From NCBI GenBank assembly GCA_963781885.1, contig CAWAHW010000002.1, positions 224,001 through 288,000 of the forward strand: a DNA stretch of 64,000 nt. Reading direction: 5' to 3'. This document shows, piece by piece, positions 8,583 through 18,449 of this stretch (position 1 is its first letter; each line of letters starts with the position of its first letter). The notes beneath the pieces were generated by a model, which saw nothing but the letters and a program-made list of their open reading frames with translations, was not told the DNA's origin and searched no databases. This stretch comes from an uncultured Spirochaetota bacterium. GTDB taxonomy: Bacteria > Spirochaetota > Spirochaetia > SZUA-6 > Fen-1364. A program made the position numbers and the translations under genes.

Positions 8583-10264
8583 AGGCTGCTCAGCATCGGC
8601 GCGAGGCTCTTCGCGAGCTCCTGGTAGCGGCCGTAGAGAGCCGTGTAGCGCGCCGCGCGTTTCTTGTCCGGCGTGAATGTCCTGTCGAAACCGCTTCCCA
8701 TCTTCTTCTGCGCCGCGGTCACCGTGCCGTACACGCCGCCTGCGACCGCGGCGAGCATGCCCGCGCCCAGCGCGCAGGCCTGGTCCGACGCCACCACCTT
8801 GATGGGCATGCCGAGCACGTCGGCGGTCACCTGCATGACGAAGGGGCTCTTGCGCGCGATGCCGCCCATCGCGATCACGCCGGCGATGGCAACCCCTTCC
8901 GCCCGGAACTGCTCGACGATGGCGCGCGATCCGAACGCGGTTGCCTCCACGAGGGCGCGGAAGATGCGCGGCGCGGTGGTGCCCAGCGTCAGCCCGACCA
9001 CGGCGCCTTTCAGCGTCTGGTCGGCAAAGGGCGTGCGCCTGCCGTTGAGCCAGTCCAGTGCCGCGACCGTGGAATCCGCGGGATCGACCTTTTCGGCTTC
9101 GGCGGAGAGCCTGTCGATCAGCGTATCCTCGATCGCCTCGAATGCCCTGGAAAGCGCCGCCGTCGGCGCGCCTTTACCCTTCCCGGCTGCGGCCTGGTGC
9201 AGCGGCCAGCAGAGCAGGTCCTTGAACCACGCGTACACGTCGCCGAATGCGGACTGTCCCGCCTCCAGACCGATGAGGCCGGGGAGGACGGAGCCGTCCA
9301 CCTGCCCGCATATGCCCGCGACGCACTTTGCACCGATGGCCTTTTTCGGCGCAACGAGGACGTCGCAGGTGGAGGTTCCCATGATCTTCACCAGCGTCTT
9401 TTCAGAAATGCCGCCGCCGACGGCGCCCATATGCGCGTCGAATGCGCCCACGGCAACGGCGATGCCTGGCTGCAGCCCGAGGCGTTTCGCCCATTCCGGC
9501 GTGAGCCCGCCCGCGCTCTGGTCGGAGGTGTGCGTTTCCTTGTAGAGACGCGCACGCAAGCCCTTCAACAGGGGATCGACGGTGACGAGGAAATCCTCCG
9601 GCGGAAGACCGTCCCAGTCGGGATGCCACATTGCCTTGTGCCCGGCAGCGCACCTGCTCCTCTTCATGGACAGGGGCTCTGTCGTGCCGGTGAGGAGCGC
9701 GGGCATCCAGTCGCAGTGCTCGACCCAGGAAAAAGCCGCGGTGCGCATCTTTGCATTCACGCGCAGGACGTGGAGGATCTTGGACCAGAACCATTCTGAG
9801 GAGTACACGCCACCCTCGTAGCGGGTGAAGTCCGTTCCGCCCCAGCCGCGCGCCTTTTCATTGAAGAGCGCCGCTTCCTTCACACCCGTGTGGTCCTTCC
9901 ACAGCACGAACATCGCGTTGGGATTCTCCTCAAAGCCCTTGGTAAGGGCAAGCGGCGTTCCCGTGCGGTCCACCGCGCACGGCGTGGAGCCGGTCGTGTC
10001 GATGCCAATTGCCTTCACATTTTTTGCTGCGCGCGCGCCAAGGTGCGCCAGGGCGCCTTTTACGGCGGCCTCCATGGATTCCATGTAGTCGCGCGGATGC
10101 TGGCGGAACATGTTCTGGGATGGGTCGCAATATTTCCCCGCGGCCCAGCGGCGGTACCAGGAAACCTCGCTCGCCAGCTCCTTGCCCGTCGTGGCATCGA
10201 TGACGACCGACCGCACGGAATCGGTGCCGAAATCGAGGCCGATGATCAAAGCGTCCTGTGCCAT
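8579..10264 (-). CDS. araB: L-ribulokinase
   Basis: DFGTDSVR, WKDH, YSSEWFW, CAAGHK, GICGQVDGS and LEAGQSAFGD. Confidence 0.95.
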   Translation of the reverse strand: MAQDALIIGLDFGTDSVRSVVIDATTGKELASEVSWYRRWAAGKYCDPSQNMFRQHPRDYMESMEAAVKGALAHLGARAAKNVKAIGIDTTGSTPCAVDRTGTPLALTKGFEENPNAMFVLWKDHTGVKEAALFNEKARGWGGTDFTRYEGGVYSSEWFWSKILHVLRVNAKMRTAAFSWVEHCDWMPALLTGTTEPLSMKRSRCAAGHKAMWHPDWDGLPPEDFLVTVDPLLKGLRARLYKETHTSDQSAGGLTPEWAKRLGLQPGIAVAVGAFDAHMGAVGGGISEKTLVKIMGTSTCDVLVAPKKAIGAKCVAGICGQVDGSVLPGLIGLEAGQSAFGDVYAWFKDLLCWPLHQAAAGKGKGAPTAALSRAFEAIEDTLIDRLSAEAEKVDPADSTVAALDWLNGRRTPFADQTLKGAVVGLTLGTTAPRIFRALVEATAFGSRAIVEQFRAEGVAIAGVIAMGGIARKSPFVMQVTADVLGMPIKVVASDQACALGAGMLAAVAGGVYGTVTAAQKKMGSGFDRTFTPDKKRAARYTALYGRYQELAKSLAPMLSSL

Positions 10265-10273
10265 GCAGCTCTC

Positions 10274-11716
10274 CTATGCCCGGGTGCCGGTGACGGCCGC
10301 CCGTTGTGTTTCATGGTCGTGATTGTAGACGTCCCAGCCGAGGTAGCGGGTGAATGCCTCTTCCACCGCACCGGCGACGCGGGACGGGTTTATTGCAACG
10401 TGGTGCTCGAATCCACTTTCGCAGATGAAGCGCAGGAGCGTTTGCAGGTGAGGGATGCGCGCGACACCGTGACCGCCGAATGTCGTGATGGGGTCCTTCG
10501 TGAGCTCCCCCTCGCCGACGAGAGCGCGGATGCTTCCCGCCGTGTCGTCGGTGGAGACGCGGCAGTAGGTGAACTCCGTCGGGGCAAGCCTGCCGGCGAT
10601 GGTGCCATAGGCATTCTCCCGGCCCAGCGTGCCGGCGAGGATCTCGTTGTAATCCATGACCCCTTTGTTGGCCAGAAGCTCTTGTGGGAAATTGCTGCAG
10701 TGGAAGAGCACGCACTTGTCGGGGTCTTCCGCGTAGTTGTTGTTCCAGTCGGCGAGCGCGCTCGGCCTGCCCGACGCCTGCACCATTGCGTACATGCCGA
10801 CAAGACCCGTGATGTCCGTCTCGCAGGCGCTGGGGCACAGGGCATTGCTCATCATGCTCATTGCCGTGCAGGGGACCACGCCGAAGTATTCCTCCATCGA
10901 CGTCCAGCACTGTATCGCCGTGCCGGAGAGGGAATGCTCCTTCACGTACTCCTCCAGGACCACGGCGAACTTCGCCATGCGGACAAGCGCCTCCCGCGGT
11001 ATCTTGCTCACCTTCACATAGTCGCGTATCTCGTCCAGCTTCGAGAGCACCGCGGAGTCCTTGTCCTTGAACGTGCCGGCCTTGCCGAACATCTCCGACA
11101 GGTCGACGCTTTCCACGGAGATGCCCGCCCGCTCCAGGAGCTTCTCGCTGTAGCGGACGGTCGTAAAAGCGGCCGGGCGTGCCCCGATCTGTGCAAAGCG
11201 CGCGGAGCGCAGGGCGCGCACGACACGGCAGGTGGCCGCGAAGCTGCGGAGGTCCTGGCGGAATGCCGGCGCCTCGGGATCCATGGTGTGCTGGGAGGTG
11301 AGGGAGTAGCGGAGGCCGTACTGCTTCAGGCTGTTGCACGCCGACATCTTGCCGCAGAAGCTGTCGCGCCGGTGCTCGACGCCCATGCGGCCCGGCTCGT
11401 CGGGAAAGGCGTGGACGAGCACGGGCACGGAGAGACCGGCGAGGCGTAGCGCATCCGCCACGCCGCGCTCGTCCCCGAAATTGGGCAGCGTGACGAGGAT
11501 GCCGTCGATCTTCTCACGATTCGCCTTGAAAAGCTCCGCGCAGCGTGCGGCGTCCGACCAGGACTCCACGGAGCCGTACGTCGTGTCCTTGGGGGTGAGG
11601 GCGACCGCCTGGATCCCTTCCTCTTTCAGCACCGCGAGGATGGTCTTGCGTCCCTGCTCACACAGCTCCGCGGGGAAAAAGCCACGGTTGCCGACAAGCA
11701 CACCGAGGGTCGTCAT
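10274..11716 (-). CDS. L-fucose/L-arabinose isomerase (FucI-like) family protein
   Basis: GNRGFFP, RRDSFCGK, AIQCWT, ACETD, FHCSN and GFEHHVA motifs; AGGAGA SD; first gene of the araB-araD operon. Confidence 0.85.
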   Translation of the reverse strand: MTTLGVLVGNRGFFPAELCEQGRKTILAVLKEEGIQAVALTPKDTTYGSVESWSDAARCAELFKANREKIDGILVTLPNFGDERGVADALRLAGLSVPVLVHAFPDEPGRMGVEHRRDSFCGKMSACNSLKQYGLRYSLTSQHTMDPEAPAFRQDLRSFAATCRVVRALRSARFAQIGARPAAFTTVRYSEKLLERAGISVESVDLSEMFGKAGTFKDKDSAVLSKLDEIRDYVKVSKIPREALVRMAKFAVVLEEYVKEHSLSGTAIQCWTSMEEYFGVVPCTAMSMMSNALCPSACETDITGLVGMYAMVQASGRPSALADWNNNYAEDPDKCVLFHCSNFPQELLANKGVMDYNEILAGTLGRENAYGTIAGRLAPTEFTYCRVSTDDTAGSIRALVGEGELTKDPITTFGGHGVARIPHLQTLLRFICESGFEHHVAINPSRVAGAVEEAFTRYLGWDVYNHDHETQRAAVTGTRA

Positions 11717-11754
11717 CTCATTCTCCTTTTGATTGAGCGGAAAGTGCGGCATGT

Positions 11755-11783
11755 ACGATAAGTCCGGGTCAGGCAAAAGTCAA
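11755..11783 (-). promoter_or_regulatory. Sigma70 promoter of the ara operon
   Basis: TTGACT-N17-TATCGT on the minus strand. Confidence 0.7.
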
Positions 11784-11794
11784 GGATTCCGCCT

Positions 11795-13414
11795 TCAGCG
11801 GACGATGCCGGGAAGGACGTACGCCTCGATGAGCGTGATGATGCTGATGATGAAGGCCATCGCAAGGCTGTGCCCGACGGTGGCCCGGAAGAGCCATCCC
11901 TCCTGTCCCTCCAGGTGGGCCGAGGCCGTCGCCACCGCGATGCTCTGCGGGGAGACCATCTTCCCGGCGACTCCCCCCGACCCGTTGGCCGCCACCATGA
12001 GGGCGGGATTCAGGCCGAGCCTTTCCGCCGTGGTGCGCTGGAGGGACGCGAAAAGGGCATTGGATGAGGTGTCCGACCCCGTGACCAGGACGCCCAGCCA
12101 TCCCAGGAGGGGGGAGAAGAGCGGAAAGAATACCCCCGTTGCCGCGAGCGCCGCCCCGATGGTCGTGCTCATGCCGGAGGCGTTCAGGACAAACGCGGTG
12201 GCAAGGATGAGACAGACGGTGACGATGGTGCCGAAAAGACCGCGTATCGTCTTGCCCAGGGAGACAAGAGCCTTGCGCGCGCCAAGATTGGGAAGGAACA
12301 GGGTGGAAATCACGGCGGACAGGAATATCGCCGTGCCCGGCGTCGATGCGATGGGGAGGGAGAAGACCACGCCCGGCCGCCCGGGCCACGGGAAGCTGAT
12401 GTCGCCAAGCTTCAAAAGGGGCACCAGGGGACCGAGGCTCCAGAGCAGGACCATGATCGACATGAGGAGGTAGGGAAGCCAGGCGCGGAATATCGCCGCT
12501 GCTCCGGGCTGTGCTCCCGCCGCGCCTGCTTCTGAAGGCTGCCCGCTGGCCGGGGAGGCGACGGCGGCCGCGGTGGAGGCACCGGGGAAGTCCCACGTCG
12601 TCTTCGGCTTCCAGATCCTGAGGAATACCCAGAGCCCGGCCAGCGTGACGATGCCGGAGAGTATTCCCGCGGTCCACGGCCCGCTGAAGTTCGCGATGAG
12701 GAACTGCGTCACCGACATCAGGAGCCCTGCCACCACCAGGGCGGGCCACACTTCGCGGGTCCGGCGCCAGCCGCAGAGAACGACGCACAGCCAGACGGGG
12801 ACCACGAGCGCGAGGAGTGGCACCTGGCGGCCGATGATCCGACCCAGCGTGAGCGCGTCGATGCCGCTCACGCCCGCAGCCACCGCCACGGGTATGCCCG
12901 CCGCGGCAAATGCAACGGGGGCGCTGTTTGCGATGAGGCAGAGGACCGCTGCGGACCGTGCTTCAAAGCCCAGCCCGACGAGCATGGCGGCGGAGATGGC
13001 CACCGGCGTGCCGAACCCTGCTGCACCTTCCAGGAATGCGCCGAATGCGAAGGCGATGAAAAGCGCTTGGAGCCGGCGATCGGAGGTGATGGAGGCGAGC
13101 GAGCTGCGAATCACATTGAATTGCCCTGAGGCAACCGCCAGGGAATGCACCCAGAGCGCCGACACGACGATCCAGAGGATGGGGAAGATCGCCGTCGCGA
13201 CCCCCTGGAGGCTGGAGGAGAGTGCGGCCGGCACGGGCATGCCCCACGCGATGACCGACACCAGGAGGGAGACCGCGGCAGCCGCGAGCGCGGGCGTCCA
13301 GCCGGGCAGGCGGCCCCAGGCCATGAGCCCGAAGAGCACCGCGAGGGGAATCACGGCCGCGAGGGCCGAAAGCCCGAGATTTCCCAGGGGCGCCAGGGCA
13401 GGTGACCACGGCAT
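11795..13414 (-). CDS. lldP: L-lactate permease (LldP/LctP family)
   Basis: DRRLQAL, EGAAGFGTP, TGSDTSSNALF and GKMVSPQSI; alternative start at 13432. Confidence 0.9.
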   Translation of the reverse strand: MPWSPALAPLGNLGLSALAAVIPLAVLFGLMAWGRLPGWTPALAAAAVSLLVSVIAWGMPVPAALSSSLQGVATAIFPILWIVVSALWVHSLAVASGQFNVIRSSLASITSDRRLQALFIAFAFGAFLEGAAGFGTPVAISAAMLVGLGFEARSAAVLCLIANSAPVAFAAAGIPVAVAAGVSGIDALTLGRIIGRQVPLLALVVPVWLCVVLCGWRRTREVWPALVVAGLLMSVTQFLIANFSGPWTAGILSGIVTLAGLWVFLRIWKPKTTWDFPGASTAAAVASPASGQPSEAGAAGAQPGAAAIFRAWLPYLLMSIMVLLWSLGPLVPLLKLGDISFPWPGRPGVVFSLPIASTPGTAIFLSAVISTLFLPNLGARKALVSLGKTIRGLFGTIVTVCLILATAFVLNASGMSTTIGAALAATGVFFPLFSPLLGWLGVLVTGSDTSSNALFASLQRTTAERLGLNPALMVAANGSGGVAGKMVSPQSIAVATASAHLEGQEGWLFRATVGHSLAMAFIISIITLIEAYVLPGIVR

Positions 13415-13458
13415 CGGGATGAAGGTAAACATCCCGGGCGCGGTCTGTCTATGCCGAT

Positions 13459-14770
13459 TTACCGCGCGCCGGCCGCTCCCTTTGTCGAATCCAGAAGCGG
13501 CTTGTTGGACAGGAGGAACGACAGGACCAGGCCGATGACGGCGAATCCGCCTGCCACGATGAAAGACCAGAAGGACGCATCCGCCGCCGCCATCCTGTCC
13601 TGGAATGCGGCGAATATCTGCGGGCCGACGACGCCCGCCGCGGCCCACGCCGTGAGCACGGCGCCGTACACGGCCGACATCGAGCCGGGGGCCGAAGACG
13701 TCGCCGATGAAGGACGGCATGGTGCCGAAGCCGCCGCCGTAGCAGAGGAGCACCCAGCAGACCAGGATCGCGAAGACCCAGGGGCTGCGCGTGATCACGA
13801 GCAGGCCAAAGACGACGATCTCGGAACCGAGCATGATGCGGAAGGTCTGCGCGCGTCCGGCCTTGTCGGAGAGGGTGCCCCACAGGAAGCGCCCGGCGCC
13901 GTTGAACAGCGAGCTAGCCGCGACGAGCGTCGCGCCGAACGCGGCAAGGGCCGCCGCGGTGAGATCGGGATTGACGCGCTTCCAGAGGTCCTGGAACAAG
14001 GGCGATTGGAAGCTGATGATCGAGATGCCGGCGACGATGTTGAAGAAGAACACAAGCCACAGCAGGATGAACCGGCCCGATGCAATGGCACGGCGGGGCG
14101 TGATGTCGATTGTGTCTGCCGGTCCTTCCTTCCCGGTTGCGGCCTTCGAGCCTTTCGGCATCCATCCGGGGGGCGGGTTTCGCATGAAGGCGGCCGAGCA
14201 GAGACCCAGCACGAGGAAGACGCCGCTCAGGCAGAGGAAGACCGTGACGAGGTTGCGCCCCGTGAGGTCGAGAAAGAGAGGCGCGAGCACCTTGCTCATG
14301 AAAAGCGCACCGAGGCCGAATCCCATGACGACCATGCCCGTTGCAAGACCTTTCTTGTCCGGGAACCACTTGGAAACCGTTGCGACCGGCGTCACGTACC
14401 CGAGCCCCAGGCCGATGCCGCCGATCACGCCGTACCCCACGTACAGCAGGGGAAGCGACTTGATGCTGAACGCGAACGCGGCAATCGCGTAGCCGGCGGC
14501 GAAAAGCGCCGCGCCGATCATCGCCATGGTCCGGGGGCTCCGCCGGGGAAGCTGCACGCCGCCCCACGCGGCGGTGACGCCGAGGAAGAAGATCGCCAGG
14601 GAGAATATCCAGGCGACTTCAGTGTTCGACCAGCCGAAGGCATCCTTGAACTCGCGGACCAGGAGACCCTGGAAGAAGCTCCAGGCGTAGACGGTTCCCA
14701 AGCACAGCATGAGCACCGTGCCCATCGCGGCGATCAGCCAGCGCGTACCTTTCCCTGTTTCAGCAGCCAT
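13459..14770 (-). pseudogene. OFA-family MFS transporter (oxalate/formate antiporter-like) with a 1-bp frameshift near 13681, possibly a sequencing error
   Basis: YAWS, KWFPDKKGLATG and YGGGFGT motifs. The expected last helices (MSAVYGAVLTAWAAAGVVGP...) lie in another frame, 13459-13680. Confidence 0.85.
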
Positions 14771-14810
14771 GTGGTCTTCCTTTGTTGTGGAATTGGTGAG
14801 CGTCTGTCCC

Positions 14811-14839
14811 GTGCTAACAGGAAAAGGGGCCGCTGTCAA
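14811..14839 (-). promoter_or_regulatory. Sigma70 promoter of the OFA gene
   Basis: TTGACA-N17-TAGCAC with a TG extension; the -35 box overlaps the LysE stop codon. Confidence 0.55.
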
Positions 14840-15510
14840 TGCCGGAGGAACGGTGAGATGCCGAGGTACAGGCCGAAACCGATGATCGCGGCGCCGCAGA
14901 GACCCAGCATCGCGCTCACGAGTCCCTTGCGGATGCGGCGGCGCCCCAGGGAGAGCGCCGTGGAGACGGCCGTGTACCAGGAGAGGTCGCCCAGCTCGTG
15001 GCCGACGAAGAAGGCCAGGAGGGCCGGCCAGGTGCGCAGGCTGATGTCGAAACGGAGGAGAAAGGCCGCGCCGATGGTCACCCACCAGATCCACCAGTAG
15101 GGATTGCTCATCGAGACCAGCACGCCGGCTGCCACGGGATCAAGCCTGCTCATGAAGCTTCCCGGTTCCTGCGCGTCCGTCGTGGAAAGCTCGATGCCCC
15201 GGGTGCGGACCGTCTCCCGGATGAGCCCGATTCCCATGTACAGGAGAAGCCCGGCGCCGACGACCCCGATGATCTTTGCCGCGAGAGGCTCGCGCAGGAA
15301 CGCCACCACGCCGAGGGCGAGCCCGACCAGGAGGACGGCTTCCAGGGCCGCGTGCCCCGCGATGACCCGCACGCCGACGAGCCACCCTCCCCGCGAAGCG
15401 CGGAGGGTCCGGGCGATGGTGTAGGTAAAGAGAGGGCCGGGCATGAGCGCCCCGCTCAGCGCCATGACGAATGAAAGTGAGAAAACGACCCATAGTGTGG
15501 AGGGGGACAT
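14836..15510 (-). CDS. LysE family translocator
   Basis: SGALMPGP, GHAALE and SNPYWWIWW motifs. Confidence 0.88.
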   Translation of the reverse strand: MSPSTLWVVFSLSFVMALSGALMPGPLFTYTIARTLRASRGGWLVGVRVIAGHAALEAVLLVGLALGVVAFLREPLAAKIIGVVGAGLLLYMGIGLIRETVRTRGIELSTTDAQEPGSFMSRLDPVAAGVLVSMSNPYWWIWWVTIGAAFLLRFDISLRTWPALLAFFVGHELGDLSWYTAVSTALSLGRRRIRKGLVSAMLGLCGAAIIGFGLYLGISPFLRH

Positions 15511-15626
15511 CGGAGGAACGCTATCACGCGGCGCCGCGCGCTGACCATGGGCGCAACCGCCGTTTGGCGAAATCCCGGGAAATGCGATATCTTCTATATA
15601 ACTTTTTGCATATATAAGGAGCATGA

Positions 15627-16436
15627 ATGCGCATCAAGGTGCTTGTTCTAAGCCTTGCGATCGTCGCCGCGCTGACGGGGTGCGACCTGTGGAACTCGAT
15701 CTTTGGCAGCAGTGGCGCCTCGATCACCAGCTTCACGATTGACGGCATTGTCGGCACGGCAACGGTCGACGCGACGCAACACACGGTCGTGGCAACGGTT
15801 GAGCCGATGGACATTTCCGCGCTGACTCCCACGGTCACGGTCTCCGCAGGCGCGACACTTACCACCGCCCCTGTGCAGGACGGCGTGCCAGTGACATTCA
15901 CGGTCACGGCGCAAAACGGTACCGTCACGTCGTGGCAGGTAACGGTCAACGTGGAGTATGGAACGTCCTTCACGGTCGACGGGACGACGAAGGTCGTCAT
16001 GACCCACGGGTATGTCGACCCCAGCCAGACCTATTCCGCCAGCTTGATCGGCAATGACCGGCCGGTCGGGTACACGTACTCGACCACAACTTATATTGAT
16101 TCATTTGCCGCGGACCAGCAGGTGCAAGGGGGTGGGCCAATAGGACACACCTATCTCGACTTCGGTGGAACGAGCGTGGGTTCATATACCGAAGCGAACG
16201 CCGATTTCAATTACGACGACGGGGCCGGCAACGTTTTGAATATTGGCTTCAACACTCCCTCATCCAGCGGCACATTCAGCGTGAATGAGTATGGTACGGC
16301 TTTCGGCCAGACGATCGAGGGAAGCTTCAGTGGCACGGCAAGTGACGGCTCCAATACTCATTCAGTGACCAAAGGATTCCTCAAGGTCCTCACGGTCGAC
16401 AACAGCTCCCACTGGGCGAACCGTCCGTTGCTCTGA
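15627..16436 (+). CDS. Lipoprotein with N-terminal Ig/cadherin-like (DUF5018-like) domain
   Basis: Lipobox AALTGC; ITSF, LTPTVTVSAGAT and TVTAQNG beta-sandwich pattern. Confidence 0.75.
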   Translation: MRIKVLVLSLAIVAALTGCDLWNSIFGSSGASITSFTIDGIVGTATVDATQHTVVATVEPMDISALTPTVTVSAGATLTTAPVQDGVPVTFTVTAQNGTVTSWQVTVNVEYGTSFTVDGTTKVVMTHGYVDPSQTYSASLIGNDRPVGYTYSTTTYIDSFAADQQVQGGGPIGHTYLDFGGTSVGSYTEANADFNYDDGAGNVLNIGFNTPSSSGTFSVNEYGTAFGQTIEGSFSGTASDGSNTHSVTKGFLKVLTVDNSSHWANRPLL

Positions 16437-16451
16437 GCCGTTTTTCGCCGA

Positions 16452-17744
16452 TCATTTCACGGCCGCGGCAGCGGTAAGGAATGGCTCCACCGCTGCCATC
16501 ATCTTCGCATCGAAGCGGAACGTCGGCAGGTCCGCCTGGTCGCCGGGCAAGGCGGCGATGACGGCATCGATGGCCGATGACGGCACGTCCACCTGGCGCT
16601 GAAGGGTGGCGCGGTGCGCCTGCTTCCAGCGCGCGATCCTTGCGGCAGATTCATGGATGCGCGCGCGCAGGAGCGCCCCGATCTCCGTCCGACGGCAGGC
16701 CGCGTCCAGGAGCCCCTTGAAGGCCCGGTCGGTCTGCGCGGCGGAGCCTTCCATGATGATGAAGTCGTGCCCCGCAAGGATCGCGCGCGCCGCCCAGACG
16801 GCAGTCTCGTCGATGCCGGCAATCTCGGGGCCGGAAGGGCCTCCGGCAAGGACGCTCCGATCCGCGTAGTGCCGCAGCATGAGGAGGCCGTCCGTCATCA
16901 GGAGCCCGCGGAAGCCGGTCTCCGATCGGAGCAACCCGTTCCATACGGATGAGAATGTCGCAAGCGAGTTGTCCACGGGCGAATCGTAGAGATGCGTCGT
17001 CATGATGATGCCCGTCTCCGCGGAGAGCTGCCGGAAGACGGAGAATCGCTTCTCCGCGTCGGCCAGCGGCACTTTCGTATCCGGGGAGGCATGGTGGAGA
17101 TTCGCCGTCGTGGGAAGAAAGGGGAAGTGCTTCAGCACGGGCATCAGCCCGAACCGGGTGAGCTCCGCGATGACCAGCCGCGCGCGCTCCACGGTGCGGG
17201 GATCCCCCGTGCTCGCGTCCACCGTGGGGCCGAGGGCGACGTTGATGCCTGCCGCGGCAAGCACGAATGCGTTCAGCCCCGCCAGCGTTTCGAGCCCTGC
17301 ATCCGGCAACGCGCTGAACCTGCCCAGGAAGCCGCCGACGTATCCATCGCCGAATGTCCCCGTCCGCGAGCTTCCGCGCAATGTCAGGATGTCGCTGCAG
17401 ATCAAGAGCGGCTGCGTGGTGAGCGAGGAAAGCGCGCTATTGGTGCGCCTGATCCGCTCGTAGTCCACGCTCGCGTAGTGGGGGATGACCCCGCCGATCT
17501 GGAGCCGGGTGACGAGCTCGACGAATGCGGGATCCAGGGCCAGAGTCCCCGACCAGCCGAAGCCATCGACATTGATGATGAAGAGCTGGCCCAGCTCCGC
17601 CGCAAGCTCCTTCTCCTGCTGCGCGGGTATCCGCATGCCGGGCTGGGAGAGAACCCGAAGCGACGCCGGTTGAGCGGCGGCGAACGATCCGGCAAGGAAG
17701 AGCAAAAGGGCGATTGTTGGGGCTCTGCGGGAGATGGGGCTCAT
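16452..17744 (-). CDS. Divergent secreted glycoside hydrolase family 3 N-terminal domain protein (NagZ-like)
   Basis: GIN.ALGPTVD, KHFP, IMTTH, LRSETGFRGLLMTD and AGHD; signal peptide. Confidence 0.75.
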   Translation of the reverse strand: MSPISRRAPTIALLLFLAGSFAAAQPASLRVLSQPGMRIPAQQEKELAAELGQLFIINVDGFGWSGTLALDPAFVELVTRLQIGGVIPHYASVDYERIRRTNSALSSLTTQPLLICSDILTLRGSSRTGTFGDGYVGGFLGRFSALPDAGLETLAGLNAFVLAAAGINVALGPTVDASTGDPRTVERARLVIAELTRFGLMPVLKHFPFLPTTANLHHASPDTKVPLADAEKRFSVFRQLSAETGIIMTTHLYDSPVDNSLATFSSVWNGLLRSETGFRGLLMTDGLLMLRHYADRSVLAGGPSGPEIAGIDETAVWAARAILAGHDFIIMEGSAAQTDRAFKGLLDAACRRTEIGALLRARIHESAARIARWKQAHRATLQRQVDVPSSAIDAVIAALPGDQADLPTFRFDAKMMAAVEPFLTAAAAVK

Positions 17745-17799
17745 GTTTCGCGGTCACTATAAGTCATCCGGAAGAATAAAAAAATAATCGCCAAAGCTC

Positions 17800-17845
17800 T
17801 TGACTAGTTAAATAACATTCGTTATTTATTATAACAGTTGTTTTA
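17800..17845 (+). promoter_or_regulatory. TetR promoter and tandem operators
   Basis: TTGACT at 17800; perfect inverted repeat AAATAAC-ATTC-GTTATTT at 17810-17827 and an imperfect copy at 17830-17845. Confidence 0.7.
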
Positions 17846-17858
17846 TAAAGAAGGGCAC

Positions 17859-18449
17859 ATGACGCAGCGAACGGTGTTTACAAGGGAAATGATCGTGGAT
17901 GCAGCATTCCAGCTTACGCGCGAGCACGGGTGGGCTTTCGTGACTGCGCGGACCATCGCCGAAAAGCTCGGCTCGTCGACCATGCCCCTGTATTCCACCC
18001 TCAAGTCCATGGAGGAGATCGAGAAAGAGGTCCGGGCGCGGGCGGAGGCATGCATGCATCGCTGCCAGCGGGAAAAATACGGCGACGAAGTCATGCTGAA
18101 TGCGGCCGTGGGATACGTTGTCTTTGCGCGGGATGAGAAGAACCTCTTCCGTTTCCTCTACGTGGATAGACCGGTCTCTGCCGACCGAAGCGCAAGAAAG
18201 GGCCAGGAGCGTGACGTCCAGGAGCTGGGCGGCGTGATCGACCTGGTGGATCAAGCCACCGTCGCCTTGAAGGAGCCGCTCGTGCTCAAGAGCTGGGCTT
18301 TCACGCACGGACTTGCGTCTCTCGTCTCCAGCGGCGTCATCGATCTTCCCACGGACAGGATCGCTTCGCTCATCTCGGAGACGGCAAGCGCGATCTACTA
18401 CATGGATGAGCTTCAGAAAAGGTCAAAGAAGGAGACAAAAAATGACTGA
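17859..18449 (+). CDS. TetR/AcrR family regulator
   Basis: N-terminal HTH (TARTIAEKLGSSTMPLY) and a WAFTHG C-terminal motif. Confidence 0.9.
   Translation: MTQRTVFTREMIVDAAFQLTREHGWAFVTARTIAEKLGSSTMPLYSTLKSMEEIEKEVRARAEACMHRCQREKYGDEVMLNAAVGYVVFARDEKNLFRFLYVDRPVSADRSARKGQERDVQELGGVIDLVDQATVALKEPLVLKSWAFTHGLASLVSSGVIDLPTDRIASLISETASAIYYMDELQKRSKKETKND

Noticed and set aside
11795-15094. 1099-aa OFA-LldP fusion as an evolved protein
   Set aside because: The linker is out-of-frame OFA sequence and the real OFA C-terminus is intact in another frame.
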